Assembly: GCA_963836235.1 (NCBI GenBank)
Contig: CAWIIP010000002.1
Coordinates: 96,001 to 160,000 of the forward strand
Reading direction: 5' to 3'
Length of the DNA stretch: 64,000 bases
Source: an uncultured Pseudomonadota bacterium
GTDB taxonomy: Bacteria; Oederibacteriota; Muellerivitia; Muellerivitales; Muellerivitaceae
Position numbers and translations under genes: made by a program. The notes under the pieces were generated by a model that was not told the DNA's origin, did not search any database, and saw only the letters and a list, made by a program, of their open reading frames with translations. Of the stretch, positions 41,153-55,936 are shown piece by piece (position 1 is the stretch's first letter; the number at the start of each line of letters is the position of its first letter).

Positions 41153-41169
41153 CCGAGTGCTGAACCCTG

Positions 41170-43374
41170 TTAGAGCATGGATTGAGGGTCCAGATCCACA
41201 ACCCGAAAGACCCCCCTTGGCGTCTGGTACCGCGAATCCAGAGACTGAAGCAGTTGACGAAGCACTTGTGGTTTCGCAGACTTCATCATCACCTGGAATC
41301 GATAATGGCCCCTCAATTTAAATATACCGGCCGGTGCTGGGCCTACGATCTCTACTCCGCAATTACGCGCTTCCCTTTTTAAAATCTCAGCGGCCTTATC
41401 CGCCGCCATGTGGGCCTTTTTTTCATCCTTGGCCCGATACACCAAAAGCCCCAATTTCATAAAAGGGGGATAGCCCAGGTCTTTTCTTAATTCCAGTTCC
41501 TTTTCCCAAAAACCTTGCGTGTCATGCCGGATGGCTGAAAGAATGCTGACATGCTCGGGATGGAAGGTTTGCAAGTAGATGATTCCTTCTTTTTCCGCCC
41601 GCCCCGCCCTTCCCGCCACCTGCACCAAAAGCTGGAAAACCCGCTCCGACGCCCTAAAGTCCGGCAAGGCCAATCCAACGTCCGCCCCCACTACACCCAC
41701 CAGGGTCACACCCGGAAAATCATGGCCCTTAGCTATCATTTGGGTTCCTACCAACATGTCGGTCTCGTGGCGACGAAAACGGTTAAGAATATCTTCATGG
41801 CTTCCCTGCCTGCGGGTTGTATCCAAATCCATTCTTTCGATCCGGGCATGGGGAAATCCAGTCTTCAATTCTTCTTCCAAACGCTCCGTGCCTAACCCCA
41901 CCTGTTGGATGGGCCCGTCTCCGCAACCGGCGCATTTTTCGGGAATGGGGCCAGTCCAGTTACAGTAGTGACATAGAAGCCCGGGTTTGGCTCCCCGATG
42001 GTAGGTCAAAGGAATCGAACAGGAAGGACAATGAACCTGTTCCCCACATTTCATGCAAAGAGTGACCGTGTTAAAACCCCGGCGGTTGAGGAACAAAAGC
42101 GCCTGTTCTTTTTTATCGAGGGTATCCCTGATAGCTTCCCTTAAAGCCAAGGATAGAACCGGTCTGTCTTCCCCGCGTACTTTCCACTCCGCTCTCAAGT
42201 CCACCGCTTTGATCCGAGGCAGGGGCTTTTTGTTCACCCTTTCCGGCATGGAAAGTAACTGGTATTTACCCAACCTGGCGTTGTGGACCGATTCCAGCGA
42301 CGGGGTGGCACTGCCCAAAAGAGCTACCACTTTACAAATTTGAGCCCTTTTCACTGCGGCGTCACGGGCATGATAGCGAGGCGCGTCTTCCTGCTTGTAG
42401 GAAGACTCATGCTCCTCATCCACCACGATGAGCCCTAGGTTCGAAGCCGGAGCGAAAAGAGCGGAACGTGCTCCCACCGCCACCTTCGCTTCACCCAGGG
42501 CAATCCTCTGCCATTCATAGGTGCGTTCTCCGGTGGAAAGACGGCTATGCAGGACCGCCACTTGGTTGCCGAAACGACCCGTGAACCGCTCCACCGTTTG
42601 GGGAGTCAGAGCGATTTCCGGAATCAGCACGATAGCCTGCTGTCCTTTGGCGATCACTTCCGAGATAGCCCGCAAATAAACTTCGGTCTTGCCCGATCCG
42701 GTCACCCCCTGCAAAAGAAAGGTCTTAAAGTCACCTCCCTCAATAGCCCTCTTAATCGCCGTAAAGGCCGCCTGTTGTTGGAAATGGAGCTCGGGAATGG
42801 CCGCCGTACCGGCGGTGCGAATGGTTTTCTTGGCCCGAGAGGTATCCGGTATTCCTTTCAGCCTTAATACCCCTAACGAAGCTTGTTTCAGCGCTTCTGC
42901 CAGTCCACGGGTACGGGCCGTCAAAGGGACTCGGCCCCCATTGAGACTTTCCCAATGGACCCCTCTCAAAGGACCCATCTTTTCCAACAAATCCTCGACA
43001 ACCGACTGTTCCGCTTCGGCATTCAACTCCAGAAAAGCCTTTGGATTTTTTCGGTATCCCGTGGGTAACATGGCGAAAAGGGCCTCACCCAGCGAACAAT
43101 AGTAGTAATCGGCAATCCAAGCCCCCAGTTGCAAGAGATCAGGCGTTAGCGATGGCACGGTATCCAAAAGCGAATCAATAGGCTTGATGTTTTTAATGTG
43201 GACAGGCGCTTTGGTGGTAATTCCCGTAATAAGCCCCACGGTCTGACGGCGGCCGAAAGAAACCGAGCAACGCATGCCGGGCTGGAGCAAACCTTCGAGA
43301 GTTTTGGGGATCCGATAGGAAAATATCTGTTTTAAAGAAACGGGAAACACAATTTCAGCGAATTGCTCAGCCAT
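41170..43374 (-). CDS. priA: Primosomal protein N' (replication restart helicase)
   Basis: Motifs GVTGSGKTEVY, DEEH, SATP, CxxC zinc motifs and GTQMIAKGHDFP. Confidence 0.96.
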   Translation of the reverse strand: MAEQFAEIVFPVSLKQIFSYRIPKTLEGLLQPGMRCSVSFGRRQTVGLITGITTKAPVHIKNIKPIDSLLDTVPSLTPDLLQLGAWIADYYYCSLGEALFAMLPTGYRKNPKAFLELNAEAEQSVVEDLLEKMGPLRGVHWESLNGGRVPLTARTRGLAEALKQASLGVLRLKGIPDTSRAKKTIRTAGTAAIPELHFQQQAAFTAIKRAIEGGDFKTFLLQGVTGSGKTEVYLRAISEVIAKGQQAIVLIPEIALTPQTVERFTGRFGNQVAVLHSRLSTGERTYEWQRIALGEAKVAVGARSALFAPASNLGLIVVDEEHESSYKQEDAPRYHARDAAVKRAQICKVVALLGSATPSLESVHNARLGKYQLLSMPERVNKKPLPRIKAVDLRAEWKVRGEDRPVLSLALREAIRDTLDKKEQALLFLNRRGFNTVTLCMKCGEQVHCPSCSIPLTYHRGAKPGLLCHYCNWTGPIPEKCAGCGDGPIQQVGLGTERLEEELKTGFPHARIERMDLDTTRRQGSHEDILNRFRRHETDMLVGTQMIAKGHDFPGVTLVGVVGADVGLALPDFRASERVFQLLVQVAGRAGRAEKEGIIYLQTFHPEHVSILSAIRHDTQGFWEKELELRKDLGYPPFMKLGLLVYRAKDEKKAHMAADKAAEILKREARNCGVEIVGPAPAGIFKLRGHYRFQVMMKSAKPQVLRQLLQSLDSRYQTPRGVFRVVDLDPQSML

Positions 43375-44206
43375 TCCTACCACTTCCCCTCAGACGGGGG
43401 TCCATATAGTCCCGCAAACCCTCGCCGAGAAGGTTATATCCGAGAACCGTAAGAAAAATAGCCAATCCCGGAAAAGTGATGAGCCACCAAGCGTCGGTTA
43501 AATGATCCCGTCCCTCTTCCAGCATATTTCCCCAGCTCGGGGTAGGCGGCTGGACCCCTAGGCCGAGGAAACTAAGCGAGGACTCAATCAGGATGGCCCC
43601 CCCAATTCCCAAGGTCGCCACCACCAAGACTGGACCCAAGGCATTTGGTAAAAGATGCCTCAAAATGATGCGGGAATCGGTCATACCAATAACCCGGGCT
43701 GCCTGAATGAATTCTCTTTCCTTCAAGGAAAGAATTTCACCCCGAACCAACCGGGCAACATCCGTCCAGGAAGTGATTCCGATGATGACCATGATGTTAA
43801 GAATACTCGGGCCCACAAAAGCTATGACCATTAGGATAAGAAAAAAAGTCGGGATACAAAGCAGAATATCCACTAGCCTCATCAAAACCGAATCCAATAG
43901 CCCGCCATAATAGCCTGCTACGGCACCGACAAAGGTCCCGATAAATATATAGATGGAGACAGCCACTAAACCGACGGCCAGGGAAACACGGGAACCATAA
44001 AGCATTCGAGAAAGGACATCCCGACCATATTGGTCCGTACCCATCCAATGGTGGAGGGAGGGTGACAGAAGTCGGTCCGCCAAAGTTTGCTGGAGCGGGT
44101 CGTAGGGCGAAATCCACTGGGCGGTTAGGGCCGTCAAAACTAAAATTGAAACAACAACTAAACCCCAAAACATCAAGGGATGTTGAAGAAACAATCGCTT
44201 AATCAT
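43367..44206 (-). CDS. Peptide ABC transporter permease (OppC/DppC)
   Basis: Motifs HWMGTDQYGRD, EFIQAARVIG and LSFLGLGVQPPTPSWG. Confidence 0.93.
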   Translation of the reverse strand: MIKRLFLQHPLMFWGLVVVSILVLTALTAQWISPYDPLQQTLADRLLSPSLHHWMGTDQYGRDVLSRMLYGSRVSLAVGLVAVSIYIFIGTFVGAVAGYYGGLLDSVLMRLVDILLCIPTFFLILMVIAFVGPSILNIMVIIGITSWTDVARLVRGEILSLKEREFIQAARVIGMTDSRIILRHLLPNALGPVLVVATLGIGGAILIESSLSFLGLGVQPPTPSWGNMLEEGRDHLTDAWWLITFPGLAIFLTVLGYNLLGEGLRDYMDPRLRGSGRNG

Positions 44207-45170
44207 AGCGGATCCTCGGATCCAGCCAAGCATAGGTAATATCCGCCAACAGGTTCCCAAAAAGCGTTAAGAAACCTGAAATGACACCGATCCCCATCAA
44301 CAAGGGGTAGTCATGGGCTAGAACGGCCTCAAACCCCAGGCGCCCCATTCCCGGCCAGGAAAAAAGGGTTTCGATAATGAAACTCCCGCCGATGATCCCG
44401 GGGAGCGACAAACCCATCAATGTCACAATCGGGATAAGGGCGTTAGGTAACGCATGTTTGAAGATTACTTGAAACTCGGATAAGCCTTTAGCCCGGGCAG
44501 TGCGGATGTAGTCCTGACGGATAACTTCCAGCATGCTGGTCCGGGCGTATCTGGAAACAGAAGCCAGGCCACCGAAAGTCGTCACGACTAGAGGCAAAAC
44601 CAGGTGGGAAATCAAATCCCAAACCTGGGACCACCAGGGCAGAAACTCGGCTTCGGTACTGGTCATTCCGGAAATGGGAAAGAGGTTCATTTTAACCCCA
44701 AATAAAAGCATCAACATGAGGGCAAACCAGAAACTGGGCATGGAAAAACCAACGAATGAAAAAAGAGTGACGAACCGGTCAAACCACCTATTTTGATAGT
44801 AAGCCGCCATAACCCCCATAGGCACCGCCACGAGGAATAAAAGCACTTCAGACAATCCCGACAACAAGAGGGTTGCGGGAAGACGCTCGGCGATGACGGC
44901 AATCACCGGCCGGTTGTCCCGAAAAGTATTGCCGAAATCCAGGAAGCATATGCGGTTGAGCCAATGCCAATATTGGACCATCAGGGGATCATCCAAGCCG
45001 TAGGACTGGCGGAGTTTGATAAGGTAACTGGGGTCAATCTTGCTGTTCATCCCTACGTTCAGGGAGGCAGGATCTCCCGGCGCCAACTGCATGATCACAA
45101 AGCTGATGAAGGAAATCCCCAAAAGGAGGGGCGCCATCATCAAAAGACGACGGATGACATACTTTCTCAT
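44199..45170 (-). CDS. Peptide ABC transporter permease (OppB/DppB)
   Basis: Motifs LAPGDP, YIRTARAKGL, KHALPNA and ETLFSWPGMG. Confidence 0.93.
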   Translation of the reverse strand: MRKYVIRRLLMMAPLLLGISFISFVIMQLAPGDPASLNVGMNSKIDPSYLIKLRQSYGLDDPLMVQYWHWLNRICFLDFGNTFRDNRPVIAVIAERLPATLLLSGLSEVLLFLVAVPMGVMAAYYQNRWFDRFVTLFSFVGFSMPSFWFALMLMLLFGVKMNLFPISGMTSTEAEFLPWWSQVWDLISHLVLPLVVTTFGGLASVSRYARTSMLEVIRQDYIRTARAKGLSEFQVIFKHALPNALIPIVTLMGLSLPGIIGGSFIIETLFSWPGMGRLGFEAVLAHDYPLLMGIGVISGFLTLFGNLLADITYAWLDPRIRYD

Positions 45171-46822
45171 GGTTTGATCGAATATTTTTGCTGAGCCAGG
45201 GGCACATACCATTTATTAACGGTCAATAAAGAAGGATCCACCAGTTGGGCAATCCCAAATCCTTTGAACCGCTTGTGGATGGCGGCAAGGTGGTTGGGAA
45301 CGACAAGAAAAGTATAAGGCTGGTCCTCGTGTAGGATGGACTGTATTTTCCAGTAGATTTTTTGGCGTTTGGCCGTATTCAGAGTCTGGCGCCCTTCCAC
45401 TAACAAGCGGTCCATCTGTTTATTGTTGTAGTCCACAAAATTAAATTGGTGCTCTCCCCTTTGACTGGAATGGAAGAGCTGGTAGCAATCCGGGTCCGGG
45501 GTAATGGCCCAAGATCCGATGTAAGCGTCGAACTTCCGGGGATACATGTACTGGGAAAGAAGAGTGGTCCATTCATAAACCTGCAGGTCCATCTGAATGC
45601 CCATCTGCTTGAACTGTTGCTGGATGATGGTGGCCACCCTCTCGGCGCTAATGGACCCTTGGGCCAAGATGAGTGTGAATTTAAACGGCGTATCCTTACC
45701 GGCGATGACCTTGTGGAGCAGGCCGTCCCCACTCGGCTTCCAACCCACTTCCTTCAGGATTTGTCCCGCTTTAGCCGGATCAAAGGGCCAGGGCTTGTCG
45801 GCAGGATTGTTAGCCCAAGAATGGAGCGGGTAAGGGCTATCACAAACCACTCCCTGCCCATAACTGACATTTTGAATGATGGTTTGACGATCAATGGCCA
45901 TGGTCAAGGCCTGTCGTACTTTCTTATCCTTGAAGATGGGGTTTTTCGGATTCCAACCAATGTAACTGAAAGCCAGCGAATCTGTTTTGTAGGTGTTGTA
46001 ATAATCCTCAAACTTCGGGGTATCCGTTTCCTTGACATATTGTTCCGCCCTCATACCCCCATGCATCCAGGCGCCCATGGCGTCGATTCCGCCGTTCATT
46101 AGCTCAAGAAATTCGGTGGTTTGGTCCGGAATAATTCGCATGACGAATTTTTGGATGTGGGGCTTTCCACCCCAATAGTCGGGGTTGGCTTCCAGCACGA
46201 CCTTTTGGGCCGTCTGCCATTCGACGAACTTGTAAGGCCCTGTCCCGATCGGGTGGCGGTCGAAATCCGATTTATTGATGTCCTTGCCTTCCAACAAATG
46301 CTTGGGAAGAATCATGTCGAAGGTTTGGGACAAGGCCGGAGCAAAGGGCTTTTTGTAGGTTACCCGAACGGTATAGAGGTCCATAATTTCGACATTCTTA
46401 ATGTCCTGGTACATGGCCCCTTCCGGGGTGTTCACCGTCGGATCGGAATAAACCTTATAAGTAAAAAGAACGTCATCGGCCGTGAATTCCACCCCATCCT
46501 GGAAATGAACTCCCTTGCGGAGGTAATAGGTGATGACCTTGCCGTCCTTGGAAACAGTCCATTTTTCGGCCAGGCATGGCACGGGATTGAAATTCTCGTC
46601 CATGCGGGCCAGTCCCTCAAATATCAAATAGTCAATATCCTCTCCGCCCGTCTCATCCACCAAGGGCGGCATTAAGTGCCTGGGATCGGCAGACCCCGAT
46701 TCCACTAACATGTCCCCATCTGCCACCGGGCCATCCTGGGTGTAGATTTTGGGATCTTTTTTCCCGCAACCGGAAAAGAGAACCGCCGCCATCGCCAAAA
46801 CGACCAGTGACTTTCGGTACAT
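45167..46822 (-). CDS. Peptide ABC transporter substrate-binding lipoprotein (family 5)
   Basis: AAGGAG precedes ATG 46822. Lipobox LFSGC, plus LRKGVHFQDGVEFTADDV and PIGTGPY. Confidence 0.93.
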   Translation of the reverse strand: MYRKSLVVLAMAAVLFSGCGKKDPKIYTQDGPVADGDMLVESGSADPRHLMPPLVDETGGEDIDYLIFEGLARMDENFNPVPCLAEKWTVSKDGKVITYYLRKGVHFQDGVEFTADDVLFTYKVYSDPTVNTPEGAMYQDIKNVEIMDLYTVRVTYKKPFAPALSQTFDMILPKHLLEGKDINKSDFDRHPIGTGPYKFVEWQTAQKVVLEANPDYWGGKPHIQKFVMRIIPDQTTEFLELMNGGIDAMGAWMHGGMRAEQYVKETDTPKFEDYYNTYKTDSLAFSYIGWNPKNPIFKDKKVRQALTMAIDRQTIIQNVSYGQGVVCDSPYPLHSWANNPADKPWPFDPAKAGQILKEVGWKPSGDGLLHKVIAGKDTPFKFTLILAQGSISAERVATIIQQQFKQMGIQMDLQVYEWTTLLSQYMYPRKFDAYIGSWAITPDPDCYQLFHSSQRGEHQFNFVDYNNKQMDRLLVEGRQTLNTAKRQKIYWKIQSILHEDQPYTFLVVPNHLAAIHKRFKGFGIAQLVDPSLLTVNKWYVPLAQQKYSIKP

Positions 46823-46849
46823 TTTAAAAAAACTCCTTAAAAGATTGTT

Positions 46850-46956
46850 AACCACCAAGATACCAAGAGCACCAAGAACGACAAAAAGATCGAAACACAA
46901 GAAAGATATTAAAATAAAAGATTTTGTCTTTCCCTTTTCTTGGTGTCTTGGTGGTT
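46850..46956. repeat. Small intergenic inverted-repeat element (REP/MITE-like)
   Basis: AACCACCAAGATACCAAGA ... TCTTGGTGTCTTGGTGGTT (18/19 complementary), with ACCAAGA repeated three times on the left. Confidence 0.7.
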
Positions 46957-46966
46957 CAAATAGATT

Positions 46967-49654
46967 TTAAGCGCCGTGGCACTTCTTGTATTTCTTGCCG
47001 GACCCGCAAGGGCAAGGGTCATTCCGACCCACCTTGGGCTCATCCCTGCGGATGGTGGCGACCTTCCCCGTTTCCTGAGACTGGTTTCCTTGGGCCTGCT
47101 GCCAAGTGTCCATGCCCGGGGGCGGCGCTATTCCTGGCGGCATATTTCCTCCCAACATTCCCATAGGCTGGGTCTCCATAGGTGCCGGAGCGGGAGTGGC
47201 CTGTGCGTGCGGATCGAAATCCGGGTGTTCTTCCTTGATGTTCTTGAGATCTCCTTGGGGAAATAATTCTTCTTTGGAACTCACGGTTTGAATGAGGAAC
47301 AAAAGCTTAAGAGAATCTACTTTAATTTGTCCCACCATCTCCTGGAACATTTGGAACCCTTCCCTTTTATATTCGATCAAGGGGTCTTTTTGACCATAAG
47401 CTTGCAGTCCGATGCCTTCTTTCAAATGATCCATCGATAGAAGATGGTCTTTCCAAAGGTTATCCACAACTTGGAGAATAATCGCCCTTTCCAGAGAACG
47501 CATAACATCAGGCGTCAGGGCCTTTTCCTTGTCTTCGTAGGCCTTGATAATTTCGTCTTTCAGCGCGGCGTAAAAAGCATCTCGGTCCAGTCGGCGGAAG
47601 CTTTCTTCCTTCCATCCCAGCTCTTTTTGAAAAACCTCTTGATACCACTTTTTCAAACCCTCATGGTTCCATTCCTCGGGTTTAGTTTTCTCCGGCAGGT
47701 GGGTATCGATACCCAATACCGCCACATCTTCCAGAATTTCAAGCATGTGGGCTCGAATGTCTTTTTCCCTTAAAACCCGGTTTCTTTCCCGGTAAATCAC
47801 CTCGCGCTGCTTGTTCATAACGTCGTCATATTCGAGCAAGTGTTTACGGATGTCGAAATTGTGGGACTCGACCGCTTTCTGCGCCCTTTCAATGGATTTA
47901 GACACCCAAGGATGGGAAATCACTTCCCCTTCCTCCATGCCCAACCGGGTCATCCAATCCTTTAGTTTGTCCGAACCGAAGATACGCATCAGATCATCCT
48001 CAAGGGACACGTAAAAGCGGGACAATCCCGGATCGCCCTGGCGCCCCGACCGGCCACGAAGCTGGTTATCGATACGGCGGCTCTCATGCCGTTCCGTGCC
48101 AAAAACAGCCAACCCACCGACCTCTTTAACACCAGGGCCCAACACGATATCCGTGCCTCGGCCTGCCATGTTCGTGGCGATGGTGACCGCGCCCGGCTGT
48201 CCAGCTAGGGAGATGATGTCCGATTCCCGGTCATGGAACTTGGCGTTCAAGACCTCATGCTTGACCCCCCGCTTCTTCAATAAGCCGGAGAGCATTTCAT
48301 TTTTCTCAATGGAAACGGTACCAACCAGCACCGGTTGGCCTTTTTGGTTCAACTCGACGACGTCGTCGACGATCGCGTTGAATTTTTCCTTGATCGAGCG
48401 GTAAACCGCGTCCGAATCGTCTTTGCGAACCATGGGGTTATGGGTGGGAATAGTCAAAACGTCCAGATTATAAATGTCCTTGAACTCCGCAGCCTCGGTT
48501 TCGGCAGTCCCGGTCATTCCCGCTAGCTTTTTGTACATACGAAAGAAATTTTGGAAAGTGATCGTCGCCAGAGTTTGATTCTCCGCCTCGATCTTGACTT
48601 TTTCCTTGGCTTCCAGGGCTTGATGCAGGCCATCGGAATAGCGACGCCCCGGCATGAGGCGGCCCGTGAATTCATCGACGATGATGACTTCACCGTCTTT
48701 CACGATGTAATCCACGTCCCGTTTGAAGACGACATGAGCTTTCAAAGCCTGGTTGACGTGGTGGACCAACCGGACATTTTTATGGTCATAAAGATTGTCT
48801 ACCTTAAGGAGACTTTCCACGTGGCGCACTCCGGCTTCGGTTAAAAAGGCCGACCGGGTTTTTTCTTCCGTGTCATAATCCTTGTCTTTTCCGAGAGCAA
48901 GCGAAGGGATAATGCGATCAATTTTGTAGTAGAGGTCGGTTGATTCTTCGGAGGGCCCCGAAATAATGAGTGGCGTTCGCGCTTCATCCACCAAGATACT
49001 GTCCACTTCGTCCACGATGGCATAGTTCAAGGCCCTTTGGACGGTATAACCCGGACCGGTCGCCATGTTGTCCCTCAAATAGTCGAAACCCAATTCGTTA
49101 TTGGTACCATAAGTGATGTCACAACCATAGGCGGCCTGGCGCTCTTCATGTTCCAACCCGTGTTTGATAACGCCGGTAGTAAGACCCAAAAAATTATAAA
49201 TGTTCCCCATGCCCTTGAAGGTTCCCCGGCCCAAGCTGTCGCGCTCAGCCAAGAAGTCGTTGACGGTCACCAAGTGGACACCCTTGCCTTCCAGGGCATT
49301 CAAATAAATGGGTAACGTGGCGACGAGGGTTTTACCCTCACCTGTTTTCATTTCAGCGATACAACCCGAGTGAAGCACCATGCCGCCGACCAATTGCACG
49401 TCAAAATGGCGGAGCCCCATCACGCGTTTGGAGGTTTCCCGCACGACGGCAAAAGCCTCCACCAAAAGGTCGTCGATGGTTTCCCCATGGGTAAGGCGGT
49501 CTTTAAATTCGTCGGTTTTCTTGCGTAAATCCGCGTCGGAAAGCGCCTGAAATTGGGGTTCCAAGGCGTTGATTTGCTGTACTTTAGGCCAAAGTTTTTT
49601 CAGTTCCCGGTCGGCCTTGCTTCCGAAAATCTTGGTTAAGACGTTACCTAACAT
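46967..49654 (-). CDS. secA: Preprotein translocase ATPase SecA
   Basis: Motifs [26 protein letters not shown] and [13 protein letters not shown], with a C-terminal SEC-C motif [17 protein letters not shown]. Confidence 0.99.
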   Translation of the reverse strand: MLGNVLTKIFGSKADRELKKLWPKVQQINALEPQFQALSDADLRKKTDEFKDRLTHGETIDDLLVEAFAVVRETSKRVMGLRHFDVQLVGGMVLHSGCIAEMKTGEGKTLVATLPIYLNALEGKGVHLVTVNDFLAERDSLGRGTFKGMGNIYNFLGLTTGVIKHGLEHEERQAAYGCDITYGTNNELGFDYLRDNMATGPGYTVQRALNYAIVDEVDSILVDEARTPLIISGPSEESTDLYYKIDRIIPSLALGKDKDYDTEEKTRSAFLTEAGVRHVESLLKVDNLYDHKNVRLVHHVNQALKAHVVFKRDVDYIVKDGEVIIVDEFTGRLMPGRRYSDGLHQALEAKEKVKIEAENQTLATITFQNFFRMYKKLAGMTGTAETEAAEFKDIYNLDVLTIPTHNPMVRKDDSDAVYRSIKEKFNAIVDDVVELNQKGQPVLVGTVSIEKNEMLSGLLKKRGVKHEVLNAKFHDRESDIISLAGQPGAVTIATNMAGRGTDIVLGPGVKEVGGLAVFGTERHESRRIDNQLRGRSGRQGDPGLSRFYVSLEDDLMRIFGSDKLKDWMTRLGMEEGEVISHPWVSKSIERAQKAVESHNFDIRKHLLEYDDVMNKQREVIYRERNRVLREKDIRAHMLEILEDVAVLGIDTHLPEKTKPEEWNHEGLKKWYQEVFQKELGWKEESFRRLDRDAFYAALKDEIIKAYEDKEKALTPDVMRSLERAIILQVVDNLWKDHLLSMDHLKEGIGLQAYGQKDPLIEYKREGFQMFQEMVGQIKVDSLKLLFLIQTVSSKEELFPQGDLKNIKEEHPDFDPHAQATPAPAPMETQPMGMLGGNMPPGIAPPPGMDTWQQAQGNQSQETGKVATIRRDEPKVGRNDPCPCGSGKKYKKCHGA

Positions 49655-49695
49655 GTTTCCTCGTTTCGATGGGGTAGGGGTGGTAAAGAGGCCTA

Positions 49696-49724
49696 AGTAT
49701 AAGGAGTTTGATGGGGTGGTTCAA
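49696..49724 (-). promoter_or_regulatory. Sigma70-type promoter of secA
   Basis: Minus strand reads TTGAAC-17bp-TATACT. Confidence 0.6.
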
Positions 49725-49784
49725 GGCGGGAAAAGGCTAGCTGACAGTCGGTAGATTTCGGTTCCAAGCAAAGGCTTTTAAATC

Positions 49785-53054
<3,270 letters not shown>

Positions 53055-53189
53055 GGAACCCCGCTGGTTGGATGGTTAGGACCGGGGTAGTTTATCACGT
53101 AGTTTTGATGAAACATATGCTTGAAATGCGTTCGCCGTTCGCGGCCAGACTTTTAACAGTCAACGGTCAATTTTGAACCTTTGGCTGGT

Positions 53190-53546
53190 TTATCGGATCT
53201 TCTTCTGGAGGAGATAGCTAAGAATTCGCAAGCGGTTTTCCTGACTTTCATTGTAGGCCCAAAAGCGTTCCAAATTTGAAAAACGCTCGGATTTCTTGTT
53301 GAGGCGGCAAACTTGCTCCCCATCAACGCGTTTCTCAAAAGTGGCCAAACCCAACTTCTCAAGCTTTCGCGTGGGTTTCAAGACGTCTTCGGTTGTCCGG
53401 CCCAAAAGTTGGGCGATACGGGCGGGAGTTTCCACCTCCCCCATTTTTTTGGAAACGAATATCAGCAAATCCCACATGACAAAGGAATCTACCACCTCGT
53501 CGATAAAGGCCCGGATGTCATCGGGAATGTCAATTTCCACTTTCAA
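53190..53546 (-). CDS. Hypothetical protein, possible winged-helix fold
   Basis: AGGAG precedes a TTG start. The segment TPARIAQLLGRTTEDV...LEKLGL resembles an HTH. Confidence 0.55.
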   Translation of the reverse strand: MKVEIDIPDDIRAFIDEVVDSFVMWDLLIFVSKKMGEVETPARIAQLLGRTTEDVLKPTRKLEKLGLATFEKRVDGEQVCRLNKKSERFSNLERFWAYNESQENRLRILSYLLQKKIR

Positions 53547-53592
53547 CTCCTAAAGAACCCCTAGCCATTGTCAAATGGCTACAAGCCACCCA

Positions 53593-53997
53593 TTACGCGC
53601 TGGTTTTATTTAATTTGTCCAAAATGCCGTTCACAAACTTGCTCGATTCTTCGGTGCTGAAACGTCTCACAATCTCGATGGCTTCATTGATGGCCACCGA
53701 TTTTGGAATTTCCGAATCATAAATAATTTCATAGGTCGCCAGCCTCAAAATGTTGCGATCCACGGCGGCCATGCGAGTCAAATCCCAATTCTCGGCCAAT
53801 CCCCTTAGATGCTTGTCGATATCAGCCAGCTTGTCCCAGGTGTTTCTCACCATACGTAGAGCCATGACCTTGGCGGCTTCCGGTGCGCTGGCCTGGGGCA
53901 AAAAACTTTCTTCAATTTCCTTTAATTGAACCGTCCCCATGTCCATTTGAAACAACATCTGGAGCGCTAGTTCGCGGCTGCGGCGTTTCAATCCCAT
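53593..53997 (-). CDS. nusB: Transcription antitermination factor NusB
   Basis: Motifs RRRSRELALQMLF, VDRNILRLA, INEAIE and FVNGILD; located downstream of ribH. Confidence 0.96.
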   Translation of the reverse strand: MGLKRRSRELALQMLFQMDMGTVQLKEIEESFLPQASAPEAAKVMALRMVRNTWDKLADIDKHLRGLAENWDLTRMAAVDRNILRLATYEIIYDSEIPKSVAINEAIEIVRRFSTEESSKFVNGILDKLNKTSA

Positions 53998-54009
53998 TTC
54001 AAATAATCC

Positions 54010-54480
54010 TCATTGGATTTGGTCCATAACCGAAAGGGTTTCTAAAAGATGCAAGGCCGCCTCGGCACCCTTGTTTTCGTTTTTCTCCCCCGCCCGAGCC
54101 AGGGCTTGGTCCAAACTATCTGTCGTTAAAACGCCAAAAGCCACGGGCAAGCTCGATTTTTCCGAAATCCGCCGCAATCCCGAAGCTACTTCCGCGGCAA
54201 TGTGTTCGTGATGGGTGGTCTCTCCCCGGATAACCGCCCCTAAAGTGATAACCCCTTGGAATCGGCCAGTCCTCACGAGTTTCGCGGCGACCACCGGTAT
54301 CTCCCACGCGCCGGGCACCCAGGCAACCTCAATATTTTTCTCGATTACACCCCGGGCCGCCAAGGTTTCCAAAGCGCCCCGCAACAAGCGTTGGCCGATC
54401 AAATCGTTGAATCGGCTTACGACAATGGCAATCCGATATTTGGCGCCTTCCGGTTTTCCTTCGTAAATTTTGACGGTCAC
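54010..54480 (-). CDS. ribH: 6,7-dimethyl-8-ribityllumazine synthase
   Basis: Motifs VSRFN, VPGAWEIP, LGAVIRGETTH and FGVLT. Confidence 0.96.
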   Translation of the reverse strand: MTVKIYEGKPEGAKYRIAIVVSRFNDLIGQRLLRGALETLAARGVIEKNIEVAWVPGAWEIPVVAAKLVRTGRFQGVITLGAVIRGETTHHEHIAAEVASGLRRISEKSSLPVAFGVLTTDSLDQALARAGEKNENKGAEAALHLLETLSVMDQIQ

Positions 54481-54572
54481 TCAATCTCCTTAAAAATCAG
54501 CACCACCGAAAAGGTCCTTAATGCCGCAAAACATTGAAAGGCTAAACCGGCAGGCATTGTAGTGCATCTTTT

Positions 54573-55784
54573 CTATTTTGGTTCGGAATTCTTGCTTAAA
54601 AAATGTCCCATCTTCAAACGTTTTGCGTCCAAATACCTGGCATTAATGGAATTAGCGGGGATTTCAATAGGAACACGTTCGACTACCTTTAACCCATATC
54701 CTTCCAAACCCACGATTTTTTTCGGGTTATTGGTCAAAAGACGAATTTCCTTAATTCCTAAATCCACAAGGATCTGGGCGCCAATACCATAGTCCCGTAA
54801 ATCGGCGGGAAAGCCCAATTTTTCGTTCGCTTCTACCGTATCCAATCCCTGGTCCTGAAGTTGATAAGCTTTTAATTTATTGAGAAGGCCGATTCCACGG
54901 CCTTCCTGTCGCATGTAAAGAACGAGTCCTTGCCCTTCTTTTTCAATCTGGGCCATCGCGGCGTGAAGCTGCTCACCGCAATCACAACGCAAAGAACCAA
55001 AAACGTCCCCCGTGAGACATTCGGAATGCACCCTGACCAGAACCGGTCCCTGAACAATGTCGCCTTTAATAAAAGCCAAACTGTCGTCATCTTCCGTTTC
55101 GGCCTTATAGATAACGACTTTCCATTCACCCGTTTCGGTCGGTATCGGAACTTCTAACACTCGCCGTACCAATTTTTCCTTCTGGCGGCGGTAACGAATG
55201 AGCTCCGCGATGGTGATCATCGTGAGTCCGTACTTGGCCGTAAAGATTTTCAAATCGTCCATGCGGGCCATCGTACCGTCATCTTTCATGATTTCACAAA
55301 GAACGCCAATGGGCCTTAAACCCGCCAGCTTGGCCAAGTCAACCGTGGCTTCCGTGTGCCCCGCTCGGCGGAGCACTCCTCCGGATCGGTATTTCAGGGG
55401 AAAAATATGCCCCGGTCTCACCAAATCGGAAGGTTTTGATTTCCGGTCGGCAAGGATTTGAATCGCCTTCGCCCGGTCGTGAGTTGAGATGCCGGTCGTG
55501 ACCCCTTGGCGAGCATCCACGGAAACGGCGAAAGCCGTGCGAAATTGATCTTGTTGTTCCGTAACCATCAAAGAAAGATCCAAGCGGTCTAAATCCTCGC
55601 CCAGCATAGGCACGCAAATAAGGCCACGACCTTCTTTCGCCATGAAATTAACCGCCTCGGGAGTCGCCTTTTCGGCTGCGATGACCAAGTCTCCTTCATT
55701 TTCTCGGTTCTCGTCATCCACCACGACCACCATTTTCCCCTGGCGGATATCTTCAATGGCTTGTTCTATTCTCTTGGTTTCCAT
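54573..55784 (-). CDS. ribBA: Bifunctional DHBP synthase / GTP cyclohydrolase II
   Basis: Motifs [33 protein letters not shown] and QEGRGIG. Confidence 0.97.
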   Translation of the reverse strand: METKRIEQAIEDIRQGKMVVVVDDENRENEGDLVIAAEKATPEAVNFMAKEGRGLICVPMLGEDLDRLDLSLMVTEQQDQFRTAFAVSVDARQGVTTGISTHDRAKAIQILADRKSKPSDLVRPGHIFPLKYRSGGVLRRAGHTEATVDLAKLAGLRPIGVLCEIMKDDGTMARMDDLKIFTAKYGLTMITIAELIRYRRQKEKLVRRVLEVPIPTETGEWKVVIYKAETEDDDSLAFIKGDIVQGPVLVRVHSECLTGDVFGSLRCDCGEQLHAAMAQIEKEGQGLVLYMRQEGRGIGLLNKLKAYQLQDQGLDTVEANEKLGFPADLRDYGIGAQILVDLGIKEIRLLTNNPKKIVGLEGYGLKVVERVPIEIPANSINARYLDAKRLKMGHFLSKNSEPK

Positions 55785-55936
55785 TTCAACACCTTTAACC
55801 CCGCAATACACGAAAAGTACGAAGTTTAATATTTAACTTTTCTAAACTCATTTATTTACTTTGCTTAGTACACAAATGCTTTCGAGAAACCCAAGGCCCA
55901 AGCAAGTCGGCCAACTCATGCTTGAATCCGCCCTAT

